This document shows, piece by piece, positions 58,071-64,000 of a stretch of 64,000 nt of DNA (positions are counted from its first letter, which is position 1; every line of letters begins with the position of its first letter). Origin of the DNA: the human T2T-CHM13v2.0 reference genome, Homo sapiens; NCBI RefSeq assembly GCF_009914755.1, contig NC_060935.1. One strand, given 5' to 3'. Under the pieces are notes generated by a model. That model was given only the letters and a program-made list of their open reading frames with translations. It had not been told where the DNA came from and ran no database searches. The position numbers and the translations under genes are program-made.

Positions 58071-59256
58071 GACTGTTTTTTATTTATGATATTTCACTGA
58101 AGAATTTTCCTTTCATATCCTGTATCATGTTTTTTATTTAAGTTGACTTCACCTTTCTCTGGTGCCTCCTTGATTAGCTTAATTTCCCTTCTGAATTCTT
58201 TTTCTAGTAATTCAGATATTTTGTCTTGGTTTGGATCTATTGCTGGTGAGCTGGTATGATCTTTTGGGGGTGTTAAAGAATCTTGTTTTGTCATACTACC
58301 AGAATTGTTTTTCTGGTTCCTCCTCATTTAGATAGAGTACATCAGAGGAAAGATCTAGGATTCAAGGGCTGCTGTTCAGATTCCTTTGTCCCATGGAGTG
58401 CTCCCTTTATGTGGTGTTCTCCCCCTTCCCCTGGGAATGGGGCTTTCTGAGAGATGAGCTGTAGTGATTGTTTTTGCTCTTCTTTGTCTAGCTACCCAGT
58501 GGGCTACCGGGCTCTGGGTTGGTGTTGGGGAGTGTCTGCAAAGAGTCTTGTGATGTGATCTGTCTTCAGGTCTTGCAGCCGTGGATGCCAGCACCTGCTC
58601 CAGTTGAAGTAGCAGGGGAATGAAGTGGACTCTGTGAGGGTCTTTTGTTGTGTTTAGTGTGCTGGTTTTGTGTTGATTGGCTTCCAATCAGGAGGTGGCG
58701 CTTTTAAGAGTGCATCAGCTGTGGCCCTATAAGTAGGATGCAAACTTGCCCTAGGGACACCTGGTTAAGTATTCAGGTTTCTCAGGTGGTGGGCAGCTAC
58801 ATAGCGCTCCCAAGAGATTATGACCTTTGTCTTCAGCAGCCAGGGCTGGTAGAAAAAGACTAACAGGAGGGGGCAGGAATAGGCATATCTGAGCTCAGCC
58901 TCTCCTTGGGCAGGGCTTGCTGTGGCTGCTGTTGCAGGTGGCGGTGTGGTTCCCAGGCCAATGAAGTTATATTCCCAGGTGGATTATGGCTGCCTCTGCT
59001 GAGTCATACAGGTCACCTGGGAAGTTGGGGAAAGCCGGCAGTCACAGGCCTCACCCAGCTCTCACCTAGCCGGCAGTTCTAAAGGCCAATCTCACTCTCA
59101 CCATGCCCCCTCAACAGCACCGAGACTATTCCCAGGCAGTTGGTGACTGTGGCTGAGAACTTGCCCCAGACTATGTGCTTCCCCACTGAGGAAGCAAGCT
59201 AACTCACAGTGTTTCAGCATCTCAGGGAGTCTGCAGCGGTGATCCAGTTCCTTTAG

Positions 59257-59748
<492 letters not shown>

Positions 59749-59985
59749 TAAGAAGCCTTAGGGGCCTAGTTTTAGATGCTTTTAATCAGAAAGAAATGAC
59801 ATTTGTTTCTGCCACACATCTGAGAGTATTACTAACTGGGACACATTTTAATTTACTTTCTGGATGTGGGATTTCTCTGACTGTACCTATAAGTGAACAG
59901 ACCTATGATTGTGGATCATAAATTCTTAAAAGGTGGCTATCATCAATGGTAATTTTTTAAAAATTTTTTCTTACCACGTTGATAG

Positions 59986-60372
<387 letters not shown>

Positions 60373-60394
60373 AGCTCATTCTTTCATTAATGCT

Positions 60395-60870
60395 GAAGTC
60401 TGGATTCTTTTGGAAATCCAGTGAATCCTATGCACTTTTCTTAAAATGTTTTTGTGTACATAAAACACATAGGATTATAAATTATTACAATTACATTGAA
60501 GTACAGTCATCAAATACTAAAAACAGTGATATATTAGTATATATGCTTCTTATTCATGCATTAAATAATAAGATCTAGTTACTTGCCTAAAACTATTACA
60601 AAAGAGTAATGAGTGTAGTCATCATTTCAAGGTAGTTTACAACACTGTGATGTGATATGAAATATCTGATTTCTTTTGGAGGCAAAGGTAGTTACTGGTG
60701 AAATTACTATGCTCTGTTGCTTACCTTTTGTAATTGAAGCCTATTTTAATTAGAGGCATATGAAAATACAGATGTAATTTTTTTCCCCATATAAGTTCAC
60801 AGATTCCTTGAATTCTTGCACAAATATTAATATTTTGGGAGTCCACAGACTCCAGGTCAAAATTTCCGGA
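60395..60870. mobile_element. hAT-Charlie non-autonomous element (MER119/Charlie4-like)
   Basis: gtgatatgaaatatctgatttc...tgaaaatacagatgtaatttttt...aagttcacaga; subfamily recalled from memory. Confidence 0.6.
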
Positions 60871-60906
60871 AAGGACTAATTTCTTGTTGCCTTTTTCATA
60901 ATCTGA

Positions 60907-61287
<381 letters not shown>

Positions 61288-61439
61288 GAATTCTGTTACT
61301 TTCTTAGAGATCAACACTATATTTCAAAGTTTGCTTTCGTTGCTTATACTGTAGCTTCTTATATTGTAATAAGAAGGCTCTTTTTATTATATAGGCGTGG
61401 TATAGGCTGCCACACTGCCAAAAGTAGAATTGTATATTT

Positions 61440-61565
61440 CTTCCCTTATTATAAGATCTTGGAGGACAGAGACCTTTTCTTTTTGTTGTTGTTAAACCCA
61501 CAAAAATGGGTTCTACGTGTCATAGATATTCAGCAAATATTTGTTGAATGGATAAGTAAATAAAG
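61440..61565 (+). mobile_element. L2 3' end
   Basis: ataagatcttggaggacagagacc...catagatattcagcaaatatttgttgaatggataa. Confidence 0.75.
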
Positions 61566-62787
61566 ACATGGCTGTGGGACCCAAAGGTGACCTCTGACTT
61601 CTCACTTCCCAAGGCCATCTATGTGAACTATCAAAAGAAGCATATAGTTTCAAGGTTTTAAAAAGCAATCCTCCTGTGAACACAGCGTGACCTATGTTCA
61701 CAGTGAATATTCTATCTGGATCTATATATGGAGCTAATGAGTGAAGCGTATACCAGGAATGGCTATATATAGATTTATCTAGCTCCAGAGAGCAAGGGAG
61801 ATTAAAACAGAGCTTTTATGCAACTTTTGAAAGATGGTATCATTTCCTGCATTTTTAATTACTCTAATAAAATCATTTTGAAAGAGAAACATTTTACAAG
61901 ACTGTCTCCTAAACACTCCACTTTAAGTACCATACTTCCATCTGAAGATAGATTAGTTTTCATTTTTGTTTAATATCTTAACCTCAAGGGCAAAATCTGC
62001 CAGACTTCTCACTAATGCTGCTTCCTCATAAGCTGCTGCCAAATGGAAGGTGACTGATTATAAATCAAACTTTGGGACAACTATAGTACAGCTTCCCCAA
62101 CTGTCACTATTTCAAGCTACTATTAAGAACAAGAAAAAGCACCCAGATGTGTTAGTGACATTTTTCGTTATGAAAGATTAAAATGGGATCCTTGCTATGT
62201 TTGGTTCCCAGTGTAATTAGTCTTTCCTTTATAAAATATCACTGCTGTATTATTCCTTCTGCCGTTTGTTGAGAGCAAATTATATATTACTTTTAGCATT
62301 TCATTCACCTCTTATCTACCAAAACGTGGTGCTGAGTAAGAACTGGACATTTTGTTCAGGATGTCTGATACACTAGAATGCCAAGTCTGTAGAAAGAAGA
62401 CAAATGTGAGCACAAAGAGAGAAACCACAACAGAACCATTTCAGATTTATCATGCTCAAATGTAATGCACTACGCACATACACATCCATTTTAGAGAGGA
62501 GAATGGTGGATAGCTCACACACCTGTCCAGCTAAAAGATCAGAAAAGAACCTTTTCCTCTTCGTTTACTGCCAAATATATAGGTACCTTACTGTTGTGAG
62601 AGTTCCCAGGCAATCTTCAGGATAAAAAAAAAAAAAAAAAGAGGAGAGAGATGGCAAGGATATTTCCTGGCTTTTTAATCTTTTGCCTTTGCCACATTTC
62701 CCTGGATTGAGTGTTGGTCAATGAGTGACTAATCTTTGGTAAATCATCAGTGGCTGAGATGAAAAGTGAGCAGGGCTAGTGGGTATT

Positions 62788-63940
62788 TGCTGTGGGTTGA
62801 ATGTGTCCCCCCAAAAGATATGTTAAAGTCCTAGCCCCCAGGACCTGTCAATGTGACCTAATTTGGAGATGTAATCAGTTAGTATGAGGTCATTCTGGAT
62901 TAGGGTGGACCTTAATCCATTGATTGGTGACCTTTTATGATGATGAAACTCTGGACACAGAGACACACAGGGGAGAAGGCCATGTGAAGACGGAGGTGGA
63001 AGTGGAAGCGATGCAGCTACAAGCCTAGGAACTCCAAGGACTACCGGCAACCAGCAGAAGCTGGGAGATGGATTCTCCCTCAGTACCCCAAAAATAGCAA
63101 CCACATCTGCAGACACCCTGGTTTCAGACTTTTCATCTCCAGAACTGTGAGAGAATCAATGTTTGCCTGTTTTTTTAAATTTTAAGTTCCAGGGTACACG
63201 TGCAGGATGTGCAGGTTTGTTATATAGGTAAACATGTGCCACGGTGATTTGCTGCACCTATCAACCCATCACCTGGGTATTAAGCCCAACATGCATTAGC
63301 TCTTTTTCCTGATGCTCTCCCCCCTCATCCCACCCCACCCCCCCACAGGCCCCAGTGTGTGTCATTCCCCTCTCTGTGTCCATGTGTTCTCATTCTTCAG
63401 TTCTCACTTATAAGTAAGAACATATAAGTGTTTTTTGTTTTGTTTTGCGGTGTTTTGTTTTCTGTTCCTGCGTTAGTTTACTGAGGATGATGCCTTCCAG
63501 CTTCATCCATGTCCTTGCAAAGGACATGATCTTATTCCTTTTTATGGCTACATAGTATTCCACGGTGTATATGTACCACATTTTTTAAATCCAGCCTATT
63601 ATTGATGGGGATTTGGGTTGATTCCATGTCTTTGCTATTGTGAATAGTGCTGCATTGAGCCTGTGTGTGCATGCATCTTTGTAACAGAATAATTTGTATT
63701 CCTTTAGGTATATATCCAGTCATGGGATTGCTGGGTCAAATGGTATTTCCAATTCTAAATCATTGAGGAATTGCCACACTGTCTTTCACAATGGTTGAAC
63801 TAATTTACATTCCCACCAACAGTGTAAAAACATTTCTATTTCTCTGCAGCCTCGCCAGCCTCTGTTGTTTCTTGAAATGTCTGTTTTAAGTCAACCAGTT
63901 TGTGGGACTTTTTTTACAGCAGCCCTAAGAAACTAACACA
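62788..63940 (+). mobile_element. MLT1B-like MaLR solo LTR interrupted by L1
   Basis: tgctgtgggttgaatgtgtcccccc...aactaacaca termini; TSD gtatt at 62783-62787 and 63941-63945. Confidence 0.92.
63172..63876 (-). mobile_element. 5'-truncated L1PA8-like fragment nested in MLT1
   Basis: ttaagttccagggtacacgtgcaggatgtgcagg 3' end; short TSD core ctgtttt on both sides. Confidence 0.92.
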
Positions 63941-64000
63941 GTATTAGTCATCAATAAAGTGTTTTCTGGCTTCAATGATTTTTGATAATTCTTTGTGTTA

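Overview
Repeat-rich primate genomic DNA, most likely human given an L1HS-type diagnostic base and young AluY copies. No intact host protein-coding gene, RNA gene, CpG island or CRISPR array can be supported. The long ORFs in the track are decayed LINE-1 ORF1/ORF2 pieces, Alu-derived frames or chance ORFs. The window holds a full-length L1PA3/4-type element (30323-36479, minus), a near full-length L1PB-type element (~53055-59403, minus), the 5' half of an old L1M, several truncated L1s, nine Alu insertions, MaLR/ERV LTRs (MST, MLT1, MLT2, MER21, MER4-type), MIR/L2 relics, hAT MITEs and microsatellites. Most interesting observations: (1) a ~30-bp L1HS-type micro-insertion with TSD, a long pure poly(A) and an apparent short 3' transduction; (2) an unexplained ~85-bp diverged direct repeat at 38130 and 41288; (3) the same small frameshift in two neighbouring L1s of different age; (4) a trimeric Alu under one TSD; (5) a MER4-type LTR piece that ends at its poly(A) site; (6) a strong minus-strand bias of retroelements, suggesting an intron of a + strand transcript. 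I found no convincing evidence for a wholly new biological system. Subfamily names come from recalled consensus features, not from an alignment, and most boundaries without a TSD are approximate.
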